From IMG/VR virus record IMGVR_UViG_3300025803_000038, positions 1-35,949 of that record: a stretch of 35,949 bases of DNA, one strand, 5' to 3'. The DNA comes from a virus. Lineage: Duplodnaviria > Caudoviricetes. Position 1 is the first letter of the stretch. Every line of letters begins with the position of its first letter. Under the pieces are notes generated by a model. The model ran no database searches and was not told the DNA's origin. It saw only the letters and a program-made list of their open reading frames with translations. Made by a program: the position numbers and the translations under genes. This document shows, piece after piece, positions 34,704 to 35,949 of the stretch.

Positions 34704-35949
34704 TTAAGGTAAAGGTACGCTAGGTGACCCTAATGCTGCTGTTGGGTGCTTATGTGTACCGAGTGTTACTGGGTAAGGTACCGTCGAGATAATTGTAGCA
34801 CCTGTTATTGTACCGGTAGCCGTCATAGTTGTGCCGAGTATAGTTGGAGCGCTCAATGAACCTGTTGAGGTAAATGTACCTGCTCCAAGCTCTACTGCAT
34901 GTGTTGCTGAAGTCATAGTTAGCAATCCTGTTGTAGAAATTGTGCGAGCGCCTGCGACTTCGTCTGTTTGAGCACCGACTACGCTTAGTTTAGATGTTCC
35001 AAGAATTGTTCTTGTATAATCACCTGTAGTAGTTTCAACAACTGCGCCTGTTGTAGTAATAATTCTTCCACCAAGAAGAACAGTATCTGATACACCACCA
35101 ACAGCTACCACCTTATTATCTCCGACTGGCAATGATTGTCCTGGTTCCGGTGGACCTACAAAGCCGGAAACACCTCCAATGTACGTATCTCTTGTACCTA
35201 CAATACCTAACTTTTGACTACCTATAACGTATTTACTATCACTTCCACCTACTGTAGTGTACATACTGCCCGCAACGTTTAATTCGTAGTCACCAGCAAT
35301 ATTAGTACGCATACTACCATCAACAGTTAAGTTAATATCACCTTTAATATTTACAAAGCTTGAACCACAGATAATTTCGTAGTTATCGCCGATTACTTTA
35401 ACTATCTTATCACCGCTTGGCGATCTACGTTCATCATATCCGCCGTTGCAGTCATATGTTACTTGTCTAGTTTCAAATCCACCAGTGTTTGCAGATAAAG
35501 GACCGTAAATAGTTTCGGTCATAAAACCAGCTTCGGAAGCTACGGTTTGTACAAATGGATATTCTTTGTCTTGAGGCTCTTCTGGTTCATCCCATGTAGT
35601 TTGATTATGAGCGCTCAGTGAAATACCTGTTATACGAGAATCTTTTCTTAGTTTGGACTGAGGTGATTCATAATTTTCTTCTACTCGAGCAGCTCTCGGT
35701 AATTCCGATTCGCCGGTTCCATCAGCATTAAATCTGTAGCCGGGAATCTGTCCCATGATCATTGGACGCTGAGCTTTATCACCATCCATAAAAAATCCAA
35801 ACACCCAAACACCTGTACTGAGTCCTGTTGGTGCAGCTGCCGGTGCGGTTACTGGCTGTATAGTTTGAGCCCATGGTAGATCATCAGTAGGCAGCTCTTC
35901 CTTAGAAGGATGCCAACCAAAACATCTTACTTTAACTCTTCCCACTTTT
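34704..35949 (-). CDS. gp5: Baseplate hub/central spike (gp5-like), 5'-truncated, no lysozyme domain
   Basis: OB-fold motifs GRVKVRCFGWH, LPW and WVFGFFMDG...QRPMIMG; beta-helix repeats; frame is open to the window edge. Confidence 0.9.
   Translation of the reverse strand, partial: KVGRVKVRCFGWHPSKEELPTDDLPWAQTIQPVTAPAAAPTGLSTGVWVFGFFMDGDKAQRPMIMGQIPGYRFNADGTGESELPRAARVEENYESPQSKLRKDSRITGISLSAHNQTTWDEPEEPQDKEYPFVQTVASEAGFMTETIYGPLSANTGGFETRQVTYDCNGGYDERRSPSGDKIVKVIGDNYEIICGSSFVNIKGDINLTVDGSMRTNIAGDYELNVAGSMYTTVGGSDSKYVIGSQKLGIVGTRDTYIGGVSGFVGPPEPGQSLPVGDNKVVAVGGVSDTVLLGGRIITTTGAVVETTTGDYTRTILGTSKLSVVGAQTDEVAGARTISTTGLLTMTSATHAVELGAGTFTSTGSLSAPTILGTTMTATGTITGATIISTVPYPVTLGTHKHPTAALGSPSVPLP

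Noticed and set aside
1-35949. tRNA/rRNA genes or stop-codon reassignment
   Set aside because: Intergenic gaps are short (about 70 nt or less) with no cloverleaf seen; core genes are intact under the standard code and end in TAA, TAG or TGA.

Overview
The window is the contiguous late (virion morphogenesis) region of a T4-like myovirus. Its gene content resembles marine cyanophage/pelagiphage-type T4-likes: a VrlC-like giant protein is present and gp9-gp12 and wac are not recognisable. All credible genes are on the minus strand. In transcription order they are gp5 (5'-partial), an Hc1-like small basic protein, gp25, gp6, gp7-like, gp8, VrlC-like, an accessory fibre/adhesin cassette, gp13, gp14, gp15, gp16, an SNase-type nuclease, gp17, gp18, gp19, an inserted 135-aa structural-like gene, gp20, a collagen-like fibre, a repeat fibre, gp67-like, two small genes, gp21 and gp22 (3'-partial). 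T4-type late promoter motifs (TATAAATA, GATAAATA, ACTAAATA) precede most blocks. The most notable points are: (1) a late-promoter-driven cassette of four different 2OG-Fe(II) dioxygenases between a tail fibre and a Gly-rich adhesin; (2) a recurrent [A/G/S]-N-T motif in nearly all exterior virion proteins but rare in internal proteins and enzymes, which with (1) suggests a virion-surface modification system; (3) hairpins that overlap late promoters; (4) a candidate antisense sigma70 promoter next to the terminase; (5) a lysozyme-less gp5 ending in an HxH apex motif. Family calls come from motif recognition and synteny only; no searches were run and the host cannot be determined.
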